From Octopus vulgaris (lineage: Eukaryota), in assembly GCA_951406725.2 (NCBI GenBank), contig OX597830.1:75206001-75270000 (forward strand): a stretch of 64,000 nt of DNA, written 5' to 3'. Shown here piece after piece: positions 27,019 through 41,261 of this stretch. A program made the position numbers and the translations under genes. How positions within the stretch are numbered: the stretch's first letter is position 1; each line of letters opens with the position of its first letter. A model generated the notes under the pieces. It ran no database searches and was not told the DNA's origin. It saw only the letters and a list, made by a program, of their open reading frames with translations.

Positions 27019-27050
<32 letters not shown>

Positions 27051-27123
27051 TACTACTACTACTACTTCTACTACTAAAATTACTACTACTACTAATACTA
27101 CTACCACCACCACCACCACCACC

Positions 27124-27202
<79 letters not shown>

Positions 27203-27458
27203 CTTCTTCTTCTTCTTCTTCTTTTTCTCCTTCTTCTTCTGCTGCTGCTGCTGGTACGTTCTGATGTTTTTGTTTTTCAGCACAACTTTTGGTTTCTCAT
27301 CGCTTTTTGCTAATTTCTTCAGTCCCCATGTGAGCTTGATCAGATCTTTGAGAGTCAGATGTGTTTAAAACGGTTCGGCGATCGTCCGACCACAACCCAG
27401 ATCACATGACTAAGCCATTTTAAGCGGATCACTTATTCTGTATTTCTCAGACACTCTA

Positions 27459-27503
<45 letters not shown>

Positions 27504-27695
27504 GCTAGCTAGCTAGCTAGCTAGCTGTCTGTCTGTCTGTCTGTCTGTCTGCCTCATTGTCTGTCTCTCTGTCTGTCTATCAATCTATTTATCTATCTAT
27601 CTATCTATCTCTCTATCTCTCTATCTCTCTATCTATCTATCTATCTCTATCTAACTATCTATCCATCTCTCTACCTATCTCTATCTCTCTATCTA

Positions 27696-27756
<61 letters not shown>

Positions 27757-28255
27757 TTATCTATCTATATATCTATCTGTCATTCTCTTACACGTGTTTC
27801 ACTTCTCCCATCCCCCCATTCTTTCAGTATGTCTCTTTCTATACAACTCACTGTGTCGCTTCATTACCCCTTACTCTCTCTCCTTTTCCTCTTTTTTCTT
27901 TCTCACTCGATCTTCCTCGCTCATTTTTCCTATCATTCATTCGATCTTTTTCTCTTTCTTTCTTCCTTTCTTTCTTTCTTTCCACCTTGCACTTTCTCAT
28001 TCTCTGTCTTGCAAATTGTTACTCTTTTTTTTAACTCTCCATTGAACGACTTCTCGTTTTCTCTCATTTTCTGTTGTTTATTGTAGTCTCTTTTGTGGTT
28101 TTCTCTTTCACCCTTACTCTCTCTTTCTCTCTCTCTCTCGTTCATTCTTTCTCAGTCATTCCTTCTTCATCTTTTTCTTCTTTTTTCTAACTTTTCTTCT
28201 TTTTCTCTTTCTTCTCCTCCTACTCCTCCTCCTCCTCCTCCTCCTCCTACTGCTG

Positions 28256-28310
<55 letters not shown>

Positions 28311-28624
28311 CACTACTACTACTACTTCTTCTTCTTCTCCTTCTCACTACCTCTTCTTTCCTCTTTCTCTTTCTTCGTTTTCTTCGTTTCTCTTCGATTT
28401 TGTTCTTCGTCTTCTTCTCTTTCGTTTTTTTGCTTCTTCTTCTACGTCTTCTCTTTCTTTTTCTCTGTTCTCCTTCTATGATTGATGTGATCATGATGGA
28501 TGAATTCCCTTACAGACATAGGGGATGGAGGATATCCTTTCTCGTTTGATCGCTCTTGCCTTCTGCAATCAGCGAGTATCTTCGCTTATTTCATATTTCT
28601 TCCTTCCACTAACAAAAGCAATCA

Positions 28625-28815
<191 letters not shown>

Positions 28816-29450
28816 TAATAAATAAGTTAATAATGAAATAATAAAAAATTATGAAAAAATAAATTGACAAACACTTAAAACAAGAAAAAGCAACAAAAAG
28901 CAAAGTACGAAACGAAACGAAAAACGAATGAAATTATGGCAAACCAGCGTCGAACCAAAAATTTTGCTGGTTTTTGTGACTTTGTTTTTTTTTTTTTTGT
29001 GCTCGTCCTTCTCATTTCATCATTTATGTTAAAAGAAAAATAAAACGCAAAAATATCACATTTGATCAAAAAAACTAAAACAAAAAAAAAGAGAATGATT
29101 AAATTCTTCTGATAGATTTAAAAGCCTCGATTTTTACCATTCCACTTTTTAGTTATTCTTCGTTAATTTTTTTTTTTTTTCTTTTTTATATCTTAAAAAT
29201 CAACCAAAGTACTCTGGATTATTGTTGGTCTTCAAAACCTTCGGCTACGTTGTTTTTATTCTCGTTCATTTTGATGTATTTTGTCTTTGTTTTGACCATT
29301 GAGAGTTTAGATGAATCAAAGCAAGGATTGAAATATGCGTGTACTAGGATCTCCACACTCATGCTCTATTAATCTGTCTTACTCTCTCTCTCTCTCTATC
29401 ACTGTCTGTCTGTGTGTCTATCTCTCTATCGATCTATCCATTCATATATT

Positions 29451-29503
<53 letters not shown>

Positions 29504-29533
29504 GTATATAGATACATATATGTATATATATAA

Positions 29534-29581
<48 letters not shown>

Positions 29582-29619
29582 AGAGAGAGAGAGAGTGAGA
29601 GATAGAGATAGATAGATTG

Positions 29620-29620
29620 C

Positions 29621-29694
<74 letters not shown>

Positions 29695-29725
29695 TGGATA
29701 GATAGATAGATAGATAGATAGATAT

Positions 29726-29795
<70 letters not shown>
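29620..29795. repeat. (GATA)n microsatellite
   Basis: Directly visible. Confidence 0.95.
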
Positions 29796-29796
<1 letters not shown>

Positions 29797-31959
29797 CATT
29801 TCCATCGGTCCAGTGACCTGTTAACTGAGTATATCTACAGCGCAGGTTTTCACGATCGTAAACTGAAGACGCAAGCCATACACCGTAGAAGAGTTAATGG
29901 ACGGATCTGCCCAAACTATTGCTCTCCACTTTTATATTGAGCACTTCTAGGAACTGTAACTTTACAACGTATATGAATGTATGTGTGTGTGTGTGTGTGT
30001 GTGTTATTGTGTGTTCTGAATTTTCCGATTACTAATCAAAATGGTTATACCACAGATTTTATCGCTCCTTTCACAGAAAAACCGGAACAGATCTCTTTAT
30101 TAAGAGATTATTTGTACAACAGTGCAATGCTTATAACATGGATTGCTAATAAATGATATAATATTTTCGAGTAAATTAAAATATAATGGATGGCATATGT
30201 ATGCTTTCCCAATAAATATGCAATTTTAGTCCTACTGAGAAATGTAAAAATAAAAAGACCCTTAGATTTTTATTCACATATAGATAGAAAATGTGGGAAC
30301 TTCTTAAAAAACAAAATAAAGCCAGCCTTGTCTCTAGGGATAATAAAGGACTAGTGATTTGTAACTATATGTTATGCAAACATAAAATACTACCAATCAA
30401 ATTAAAGTCTTATAATCAAAAAGTGTGTCTCACTTGTATTATCAGTGCTATTTACTCATTTTTTTAGATTTAACTCGACAGATCTTCTATAGATACTAGA
30501 GCCAACACTGGACGTTACGACGCTTCATATACTAATACATCTGTGTAAACAATACATTCGAAGATGGAAAATGGATAGCGAGTGTATATGCATATTTCAG
30601 AGGTTCTTGCTCTTTCTTCAGCACCACATCCAGTCCATTAACCATCCACGATCGCATTGCTTAAATTGTCACCAAATATAACGGTGTAACACAACTGGAT
30701 ATATCAATTTTGCATATTAAACACACTCCTGGCAAGAGGTAGTTAAATATTAATTGCTGTAGAGATATTTGCCAGAAGTTTATGTAATGTGTACAAATAC
30801 CAACACGGTGAAGCAGATTTGTCTGATTTGCATAACAGTGAATGCACTGAGAACACGAACAAAAATAATATGAATAGTTCTGTTATAGAGTCCTCTGAAT
30901 TATCTGGAATGAAAGATTGATTTTTAAATAAACATACAATTTTAGCCTCACTACGATGCATAAACGATATAGTTATATTAGATGTGTTCATCTTTCAGTG
31001 AGTAATAAAAAGGAAATGGATGTATGTTGCAAGTTTTGAGTATTGCTAGAGGCTTTATTTTCTCGAATACAGCTAAATGTTTTGTCTAATTTGCATAATA
31101 GTTCATGTGCTCATAAAACGGACAATATGGATTATTTTTCCAGCATATAATATGGCTCTAGTCAGGTTTGGGATTTTGTTACGGAAAGACTATCTCTGAG
31201 GAGGTGATTTGAAACTGAACTGCTGGGTAAACAATCAGACATCACGAACGAACCATTGTAGTTTCACGTGAATGTTCTTTTAAGAACAATTTTCAGTTGC
31301 AGTGCTGGGGAGGGGAGTGGTGGAGTGAAGGTGTGATTTTACATTTTACTCTGTGTGCAAAAGATTGTGCCAGCTCGCCAGCTTATCTTTCTCAGTGATA
31401 TTAAAAGAAATTCATATCTCTATAAGATAACCAGATGATCTCTATGACTGTAGATGTTCTTGCTTTTCAGTCCTAGTTTAAGAAACTAGTCAGCGTCGAT
31501 CCGTTGCATGCTTCAATTTTCTAGAATCTTGTAGCCTCTAAAAAGCCACTTTTGGCGCCAACACTCTTTGTAGAATGTTGAGACCGGCCGACTCATTCAC
31601 ACGGCTGACCTCTTGCTAAGGTAGATATAACACAATTGTTTCCTGTTATTTTCAGACAGCTACAGATTACTGTATCAGTAGACTTGACGTAAACTTCAAG
31701 CGGTATGTCTCTCCTAGTGTATAATTATTGCTCTTATTATTAGAAAAAGAACAACACAATTAAACTGAATGTGTAATATTAAGATCTTCTGTCAATCATC
31801 GTTTGCGAATATTGTCAGTTACTTCCTCACACAGTCCAAGAAACACATTTTCATTTATCAACTCGACTAGTTAACTTCTTAGACCAGAACAGTCAACAAA
31901 TATACCATTCGCGGCACCTTTCTTCCGCTTAGAGATTAATAAAATTTAGCTAGATATAA

Positions 31960-32370
31960 TCCTTTCTACTATAGGCACAAGGCCTAGACTTTTAGGGGAG
32001 GGGTTAAGTCAATTACATAGACCCCAGTACTCAACTGGTACTTATTTTATCGACCCCGAAAGGCTGATAGGCAAAGTCAACCTCGGCGGTATTTGAACTC
32101 AGAACTTAGAGGCGGATGAAATGCCGCAAAGCATTTTAACCCGGCGTGCGAACGATTCTGCCAGTTCGCCGTCTTATAGTTATATATAATCCTTTTTATT
32201 ATATGCACAATGCCTGAAGTTTTTGATGGAGGGAACTAATCTACTACATCGATCCCAGAATTTTACTGGTTCTTAATTTATCGACCCCGAAAGGATGAAA
32301 AGCGAAGTCGACCTCGGCGGAATTAGAACTCAGAACGTAGCGATGGACGAAATACTGCTAAGCATTTTGT
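31960..32370 (-). mobile_element. Two tandem SINE family 2 copies
   Basis: Minus strand has a tRNA-like head (CGGCGAACTGGCAGAATCGTT...GAGTTCAAATACCGCC) followed by TTGCCTATCAGCCTTTCGGGGTCGATAAAATAAGTACCAG. This central domain resembles the MetaSINE domain (from recall, not verified). Confidence 0.85.
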
Positions 32371-32427
32371 GTAGTTATATATAACAATGCAAGAAATAGA
32401 GCTCAGCTAATCTCCTCAATCTAATTA

Positions 32428-32500
32428 ACATAAGCAGCTCCGTCAGTAGAGCACAGGATTCCTAAACTCAAGGCCATGAATTCGAACCCCACGTTAGGCA
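32428..32500 (+). pseudogene. tRNA-Lys(CTT)-like pseudogene
   Basis: AGCTCCGTCAGTAGAGCACAGGATTCCTAAACTCAAGGCCATGAATTCGAACCCCACGTTAGGCA aligns with metazoan tRNA-Lys(CUU), with mismatches in the stems and anticodon. Confidence 0.6.
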
Positions 32501-33311
32501 TAGTAATTTTATTAAATGGCTTTATCCCAGCATGGCTGCAGCATTTGCGATGAAACACATAAAGGGATAACGGAATGATGAATGCAATGACAACCAGGTT
32601 AATTAATTAATTAATTAATTAATTAATTAATTAATTAATAATGCACTTCAGAACGACTTCAGATAATTTGAAATGCAAACAAAGGTATAACGTTTTTTAG
32701 TGAACAAAGAATTTTAGCCTCACTATGGCAAGTAAACGTGGTTAAACCGCGGATTTTCATTACTCTGTAATCAGGAAAAAAATGTAGGATTGATCTGAGG
32801 AGTTACACTTTCATCAAATAAGGTATGCAGAGTGAGGTGGATTATTAATTAATATATTCTCTACGTTGTCAGCGCATGCATTCTTATGCAAATTAGACAC
32901 CAATTTAACTGTGTCTGTGTTTGTATATATAATACAGATGTGTGTGTCATTTACAAATGTGTACGTGTGTCTAAAAGCTATTTATGTCTGTCATTGTGCC
33001 TGTGAATGTGTTTGGGGCGTGAGATGTGTGTACGCATAAATTAAACAGGATCTACTTCATCAAATAATTTATGCTGCTATATCGATGGTATACATATATG
33101 TTGCTGTTATGTAATTAGGTATTCAGCAACAAATACATACGAATAAAACACACTAATACGAACGCATTATTGATATCTAGCGCAACACAACACCGCAGTG
33201 AGGTTCTTCAAAAGCAGCAGATCAATGACGTACAACTAGAACGCACTGTCACACAAAACTGACGTATGACTATAATGACACACTACTATACCACAACACA
33301 ATATTGAAACA

Positions 33312-33465
33312 CGGGCATGACTGAGCGGTTAAGAAGATCACTTTGCAGCCACGCTGTTTTCGGGTTCAGTATCAAGGTCGGCAAGTGTATTCTACTATAG
33401 CCCCCGAGTCGATTGATATCTTGTGAATGAATTTAGTAGACGGAAACCATGTGGAAGCCCGTCGC
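33312..33465 (+). mobile_element. SINE family 1, degenerate 5' half
   Basis: GGCATGACTGAGCGGTTAAGAAG...CGGGTTCAGT...GGCAAGTGTATTCTACTATAGCC...GTAGACGGAAAC...GAAGCCCGTCG. Confidence 0.7.
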
Positions 33466-33468
33466 ATG

Positions 33469-33514
<46 letters not shown>

Positions 33515-33516
<2 letters not shown>

Positions 33517-33728
33517 TTTACTTGTTTCCGTCAATTTGACTGTGGCCATGCAGGAACTCTGCCTTTAGTCGAGCAAATCGCCCCCATGACTTACTTTTTG
33601 TAAGCGTAGTACTTATTCTATCGGCCTCTTTTGCCGAACCGCTAAGTTACGCGGACGTAAACAGACCAGCATCGGTTGTCAAGCGATGTTAGGGGGACAA
33701 ACACAGACACACAAACATATACACAGAC

Positions 33729-33761
<33 letters not shown>

Positions 33762-33930
33762 TTTAATATATATATACGTATATACGACGGGCTTCTTTCA
33801 GTTTCCGTCTACCAAATGCACTCACAAGGTTTAGGTCGGCCTGAGGCTATAGTAGAAGACACTTGCCCAATGTGCCACGCAGTAGGATGAACCCGGAACT
33901 ATGTGGTTCGTAAGCAAGCCACATACGCCT
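33515..33930 (-). mobile_element. SINE family 1, near full length
   Basis: High identity to 10035-10460. Confidence 0.88.
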
Positions 33931-33945
33931 ATATATGCATACATG

Positions 33946-34027
<82 letters not shown>

Positions 34028-34165
34028 GTTGAAATTTACAGAAAAACAAAAGACAAAGACAGGTGTATAAATAACAAACAGGTGTATTAGTTTAACGCTA
34101 GGGTAGGTGAGAAAGTCTTTTACGTTTCGAACCTACGATCTTCAACAGTAAGGAACACGAAAAGT
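34028..34165 (-). mobile_element. (TA)n-embedded hammerhead-like repeat, copy 3
   Basis: Homologous to 7777-7975. Minus-strand motif CTGTTGAAGATCGTAGGTTCGAAACGTAAAAG. Confidence 0.6.
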
Positions 34166-34520
34166 TATAAAGTGATGGAATAATAAAAAAAAAAAATTAC
34201 AAGCTATTGGTCAACCATGGCGGCTGGCATTATTATTATTATTAAAGCTGCAATAACATCACAAAAATACCACAGTTCTTCGAACAATCTAAACCTTCCG
34301 ATGAACGGGAACGTGAAACACCGAATAGCCGATTTTTGTGGTATCTTTTTTAATGGTAATCCAACTTTAATAATAAAGCATATTGCTCTACCTGCGGTAT
34401 TCGAATACTGTTTTTCTCACCTTATTTCACATTTATTTGCTTACTTTGCTATTATATATATATTTTATTCTCTTATTCATTTCAGTCATTTGACTGCAGC
34501 CATGCTGTAGCACCGCCTTG

Positions 34521-34600
<80 letters not shown>

Positions 34601-34609
34601 CTGTGTGTG

Positions 34610-34711
<102 letters not shown>

Positions 34712-34989
34712 AATATATGTATACCTACTTATATGTATATATATACATAGATATATGTGAGTGTGACTTCGTGGCTCTGTTTCTCCCCATGCACCACTTG
34801 GCAACCGGTGTTGGTTTGCTTACGCCCCTGTAATTGGGATGTTCAGCAAAAGAGCCCGATAATACAAGTACCAGATTGAAAAAAAAATGCAGATATATTG
34901 TGCGATTTATTTTTTCTGGCTAAAAGCTTTGAAGGCGGAGCTCCACCAAGGCTGCAATCCAATGATTGAAAGAAGCAACAAAATAGAAA

Positions 34990-36200
34990 TACTACACCGC
35001 ATCGCGACACTAACATTTCTGCAACCCAACAATGCTACTGGACAGCACTGATACCATTACTACTACAATACAACACTAAACAGAAAGATTACTATAGCAC
35101 AACGCACTGTCACACAGTACTATAACACTGTTACATTAATACAGTGTAATATTACGTCACTTCTACTTCCCATTATTGATGACACCACTACCATAATACA
35201 TCATTGATACACTACTGTGATATAACACACTGATTACAATATCACATCATATCACAAAACTGGTATATTACCACAGCATATTGCTGCACCCTGACACAAC
35301 TACATCATAAAACTGACCCAAGGTACTAACAACAGATTGCTACAACACAACATACTGTGATACACTACTGTAAGACATCAGATCACAATATTAGCACATA
35401 GCCACACTGACACACAACTGCATTACAACACATCGCAGCACTGTCACATTCCCACTACACCTTACAATACACTGACTCACTACTGCGGTACATCACAACA
35501 CAACGCTAGGACACAGTCACAACACACTGACACTTTCCGGATGTATAACACATAGCAAAGCTAACACCTTACCACAATGCGTCACAACACACTGGAACAT
35601 TACTGCTGTTGCATCACATCACAACACTTGCACATTACAACACTTCACAACACACTGACACACTATTGAAGTACAACATCACACACTAGCACATTAATGC
35701 AGCATCTCACAACACTCTGACACTCTAATGAAGTACAATACAGTACAACGCTAGTACATTGTCATAACGCGTCACAACACAACGAAACACTACAGCAGTA
35801 CAACAGATAACAACCCTAGAACACTACGACAACACAGCACAGTACACTGACAAACAACTACAGCAGAACGCATCACAACATTTTGACGTTATCACAACAC
35901 AACACACTGACACACAACTATAGTACAATGTCGACTCACTACGCTTATAGAACACAACTACAACACATAATATTGACACACAACTGCAGAACATCACATT
36001 ATAGCACTAGCACATTTGCTACTGTAACACAACTGTACTGCAACACAACAACCATTCACAGTACTAATAACACACTACTATAACACAACATTACTGACAC
36101 ATCATTGCAGCATATATCTCTTCACTGAAACACTATCACAACACAACCAACGCACTCATACAGATACATTACAACAACGTATGGAATCATACTGACACAC
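34990..36200. repeat. Degenerate A/C-rich minisatellite (~30-bp and ~60-65-bp periodicity)
   Basis: Recurrent CACAACACACTGACACACTAC..CAGTACAAC..CACAACGCTAG.ACATT motifs on a G-poor plus strand. Confidence 0.75.
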
Positions 36201-37184
36201 AAACCCGATCATTATATTCGCTGAACGTAGCTGGCAGTTAAACAATGAATTTGCCCCCTTCAACATAAGTGTTCATTGATATAACCATATCACATATGCC
36301 GCTACTGTTTCCACTTAACCTATTAAGTTAACAATTGCAATTTGCTTAATGCCTGATGGCGATTGTTCGCTTAGATATAAAATAAATATATGTTATTAAA
36401 TCATTCGTTCTGAGAGAATACTTAATATGTTCCCAGAGCCAACCACTCTTACTTCACACAGAAATTAATATAATCAATCGCAACTTATTTAACAATATTT
36501 ATACTAATCAACTGTTCGATAGTATCATGGTATATTTCAAGTAGGAAAGCCGGAAATGCCAATAACAACAACCAAGCAATTTCCGAGTATTCGAAATAAC
36601 AAAAGTCGCCTATCATAAAATGAGATTGCACTCCACCTATAAATAGATGAAAGCGCTATCAAAGACCTCATTAAATGAAGTACTTCGTGCATCAATAGCA
36701 GTGACAAACAAATTTGAAAATCATTATAGGAGTAATAGTAGCAATAAGCATTATAAACAGAAAGAAAAACACGATAAAAAAATTACATACATATGTATAA
36801 ATATATATATACATATATATATATATTTATATATGTATATATATGTGTGTTACGCAAGATAATAGTGATGTCATCAAATTATTTTTATCGACTCAGATGT
36901 AGAAACGACCTGGATTTTCATTATTTATATGTATTGTTATATATATATTTTTTTTAAACGCTAGTTTCGTATGATTTACAGAGAACTTCCCAAATGATTT
37001 AAAATATTTTCACGGTTATCGTTGTTATTTAATCTCAGTTCTGCTCTGTCTGCGCAAAAGCGAGAAAGCAGTGCACGGTTTATAATCTAAGGCGCTCCAA
37101 CCATGGCTGTCACAACATTTTTTTTTTGTAGCCGAAATGTAATGCTTTCTGAGAAATTTACTCGCGCCTAATTCTTTTTTCCAG

Positions 37185-37366
37185 TCTTCTTCTTCTTCTT
37201 CTTCTTCTTCTTCTTCTTCTTCTTCTTCTTCTTCTTCTTCTTCTTCTTCTTCTTCTTCTCCTCCTCCTCCTCCTCCTTCTTCTTCTTCTTCTTCTTCTTC
37301 TTCTTCTTCTTCTTCTTCTTCTTCTTCTTCTTCTTCTTCTTCTTCTTCTTCTTCTTCTTCTTCTTC
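37185..37366. repeat. (TTC)n/(CTC)n microsatellite
   Basis: Directly visible. Confidence 0.95.
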
Positions 37367-38061
37367 TCGTCTTGTCTATGCTGTTAGTGCTTGGTTGTTT
37401 TTCATAAATCTCAGCTCTGACGAAACAGAGCGGAGAAAGCAGAGAATATTTATAATATACGGCTCTTTAACCATGACCATCTCTCCATATTTTCGCATCA
37501 ACTATGGTGTTTTATGAGAAATTTCCTCTCAACTAAAACTGTTTTCGAGTTTGATTTTATTGTTGTTGTAGTTGTTGCTATTTTCATTTTGTTCTGACCG
37601 AGCAATGTAGAGTAAAGTAGAGCAGACTTCATAATCTAAGATGCTCCAACCGTGACCATTTCTTAATATTTTCATGTGATTTCTTTTTTTTTGTTTTTCG
37701 TTTTTTAATCGTTCATTTATTTCAGCTACTGGAATGCGGTCATGCTAGAGCACAACGCTGATTGCGCTTTGGCTGAACAAATCGAGACAAGTGCTTATTT
37801 GTGATGTCTGGTACTTAGTTATTGCATCGGTCTCATTTGTTCTTGTAAGGACCCAAAAAATCTGACATACATTTAATTATATTAATTATATAAATACAGT
37901 TAAAGTATTTCTACAAAGTCAACTTCATATGACAGATAACGCACTAATCTTACAGATATCTATTAAAATATCTTCAGACTAGACGTAAGGAACTGGCACT
38001 TAATTTCTGAGACATCAGCTCTGTCTATATATAACATGCATATATTCATAAATACATACAT

Positions 38062-38139
<78 letters not shown>

Positions 38140-38581
38140 TATACACATACATATATAGATAGATAGATATACATATATACGTATATATATACATATATAT
38201 ATATACATACACACACGTGTGTATATATATATATAATTTTTACAGTTTCTATTAGACATGATAAACTAGTCTATAAGTTAAAACCAACCACACACACCCT
38301 CTGGTAAATCCGAATAACAAATACAAATAATGATAAGCAGTGTCTTCCTTTGAAAAAGTCAGTTACAACTGTGATGTTGTTGATAAAACATGTTCTTTGT
38401 CTATCTACTTATCCCCTTAGTGATTTTGGATAATAAGAAATCCTTCGAATTTAACTAAATTCTATATCTTTATGCAGCTGAAGATTGCTCTAAATTTTAA
38501 ATTGATGTAATATTTGCATTGTTCAATTAAATGGAGTCGTATGGAACGATCGTACTGCCTTACCTCTGGATATCCTTGTTG

Positions 38582-38658
<77 letters not shown>

Positions 38659-38662
<4 letters not shown>

Positions 38663-38838
38663 AGATTCACAAAAAAAACAAAAGACGAATACAGGTGGTG
38701 TAGACAACAAACAGATGCATTAGTATAACGCTCAGGAAGTGAAAATGTTTTTAACGTTTCGTGCCTACGCTCTTCCACAGAAAGGAACACAGAAACAAGC
38801 AAAGAGAGAAAATAATGTGTAGTGGCTAGCGATCTATC
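38659..38838 (-). mobile_element. (TA)n-embedded hammerhead-like repeat, copy 4
   Basis: Homologous to 7777-7975. Minus-strand motif CTTTCTGTGGAAGAGCGTAGGCACGAAACGTTAAAA. Confidence 0.6.
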
Positions 38839-39171
38839 ATATATAAAGCTTGATGGTTTCTAGCATTGAGTATTACTTGCTCTGAAGAACCTTGCGTTCT
38901 GTTCTCTGACTTTGTTTTTACTGACCTCAGTAATTAGAGTAACTCATTCAAGATGTTTTTGTTTCTCTTTTAGTCGATTATAATTGGCCTTAGTACTTCT
39001 TCTCGCACTTACTTCACAGACTCCGAACGATTAATTATGTTGACTGGCCGTAAAGAAAAGCGACTGAGTATGAATAATAATAAAAAGACGTCGTTTAGTT
39101 CATCACAACTTTTGTGTATTTATGAGTGTGCATGTATGCTTCAACGTGCTTCTGTATTGAGACATCTAAAT

Positions 39172-39204
<33 letters not shown>

Positions 39205-39205
39205 A

Positions 39206-39284
<79 letters not shown>

Positions 39285-39285
39285 A

Positions 39286-39346
<61 letters not shown>

Positions 39347-40728
39347 GTCTGTCTATCTATCTATCTGTCTCTATGCCGACTCGTGTATTTATTTCGCTAC
39401 CCCTTTATCTATCTAGCATTGTGAAGAAGAGCTTAAGCTCGAAATATCAGTGATACTCTTGTTTACTTAATCTCTCAATGAACATTAATTAAATCTTACG
39501 TTTTAATCACAAACTTTTGCTCGATTTGTGTGTGTTAAAGGATATTTGTAATTATAGGATAGAACATAGCTTTAAATCTGTTCAATGATTACTTGAGAAC
39601 CAAATACGTGTACATAATCGCCATTAATACTGCAATTGTCCATATGTGATAATTTTGTATTTTTTTCTATTAACGCTCATTAACAGCGAACTTCAAATAT
39701 TTGTTTTAAATTGTACTGTAAATATAATGTTTACAATAACCTTTTAAATGGCTTTCTCCGGTGATCTAGTCCAATTATCATTGTTCCAAACCGGAAGTCT
39801 GGATCAGTTACCAACATCGAACAGTTTTCCTGCTCAAGAGAATTCTGCGGGTAAAATTATGTTTTGATATTGTCGGATTTGCATGTAGATCGTTGAGTTG
39901 CAAAGTCTTGCGAATGAGTAGGCACCGTTTTCTGCGTCACGGGAAAGAAAAAAAAAAAGACTGTTTGATACGAACCCTATTAACAAACGTGACACTAACA
40001 TAAACAGGAAGTTCTTGCTATTACCCGATAATATGACAATAAAATAAATTATATAATGGGAGGCTACGGGGGCAAGCTTAGAAATGCACTGGTTATTAAT
40101 TTAGAAATTTAGTTAAATACAGGGATGCGGCTGAAAGTGCAGATCGTCACCTTGGCTATTTTATAGCAATAAACACTCAAATTGCACAAATTCATAAGTA
40201 CATGTACTAATACATTTGCACATACAAAGAAAGAGAGACTAGCACACACTCACAAACATATTCATTTATACAAGGGTATTAGATCATATACATATGTAGA
40301 GATGTTTGTGTATGTATATAAGTATGTATGTATGGATGGATGTATATACATACTTATATGCATATATACATGCATGTATATACATATATATGTGCATATA
40401 AATATATACATATGCACGAACTGAGACGGGAACAATGTAGATGTGGGAAGCGCCTATATGTATGCGTATATGTATGCAGCACGGATTTTTGTCAGTGAAC
40501 AGGTCGCGGATTTTAGCGACGAAAATATTTTGACAAATTAAACTTAAGTGTTGAAGTGAATCGAACGGCTTTTGTGTGTTTCTTAAATGGCTTATAAACA
40601 CCTTCCACGCAGCAATTGTTTTCGTTTCAGCACACGATCTCAGATCAAATTACTTGCTATGCGAGTACATCTCCGTAAATATTATATATATATATCATAT
40701 ACATGCATATATCTGCCTGTCCGTATCC

Positions 40729-40816
<88 letters not shown>

Positions 40817-41041
40817 GTCTTCGTTATTGTCCTGTATGTTCGTTAGCTATTCCCAGTGTATTTTGCCACTGGTGCCACCAAAAGTGAACAATATCAATGT
40901 TGAAGACACGAAATGGTAAGAATGGTTTGAACGTTGCTTGATGAGGAATTAGCTACGATATTTTCGGTTGTTGTTTTTATTAAATCTTCTATTTGTTGTG
41001 TTTTTTGTTAAATCTTTGAAATGCATGTATTTACATATATA

Positions 41042-41261
41042 CGAGTGTGTGCTGAAAACGTTCTGGTTTTGCGTAAAAGAAAATATAAGAGGAGCTGCAG
41101 TTAATTAGGATTTTATTCAACATATTCCCCTCTCAGATTCACATACTTGTGGAAGCGGTTCTTCAGTTTTTCTAAACCCTGTAAAAGAACTCGGAAAGTT
41201 AGGCCTCTAAGCAGGCCTTTCGCGAAACCCCTAAGCACAAGAACTTTTCAGTACTCACTCG
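41042..41261 (-). mobile_element. Mariner-derived MITE (~220 bp)
   Basis: Terminal inverted repeats (TIRs) CGAGTGTGTGCTGAAAACGTTC and GAACTTTTCAGTACTCACTCG, with TA on the left flank. The interior minus strand encodes the mariner C-terminus GLEKLKNRFHKYVNLRGEYVE*. Confidence 0.8.

Noticed and set aside
34990-37672. CRISPR-like reading of the spaced repeats
   Set aside because: The context is eukaryotic, the repeats are non-identical and irregularly spaced, and there are no cas genes.
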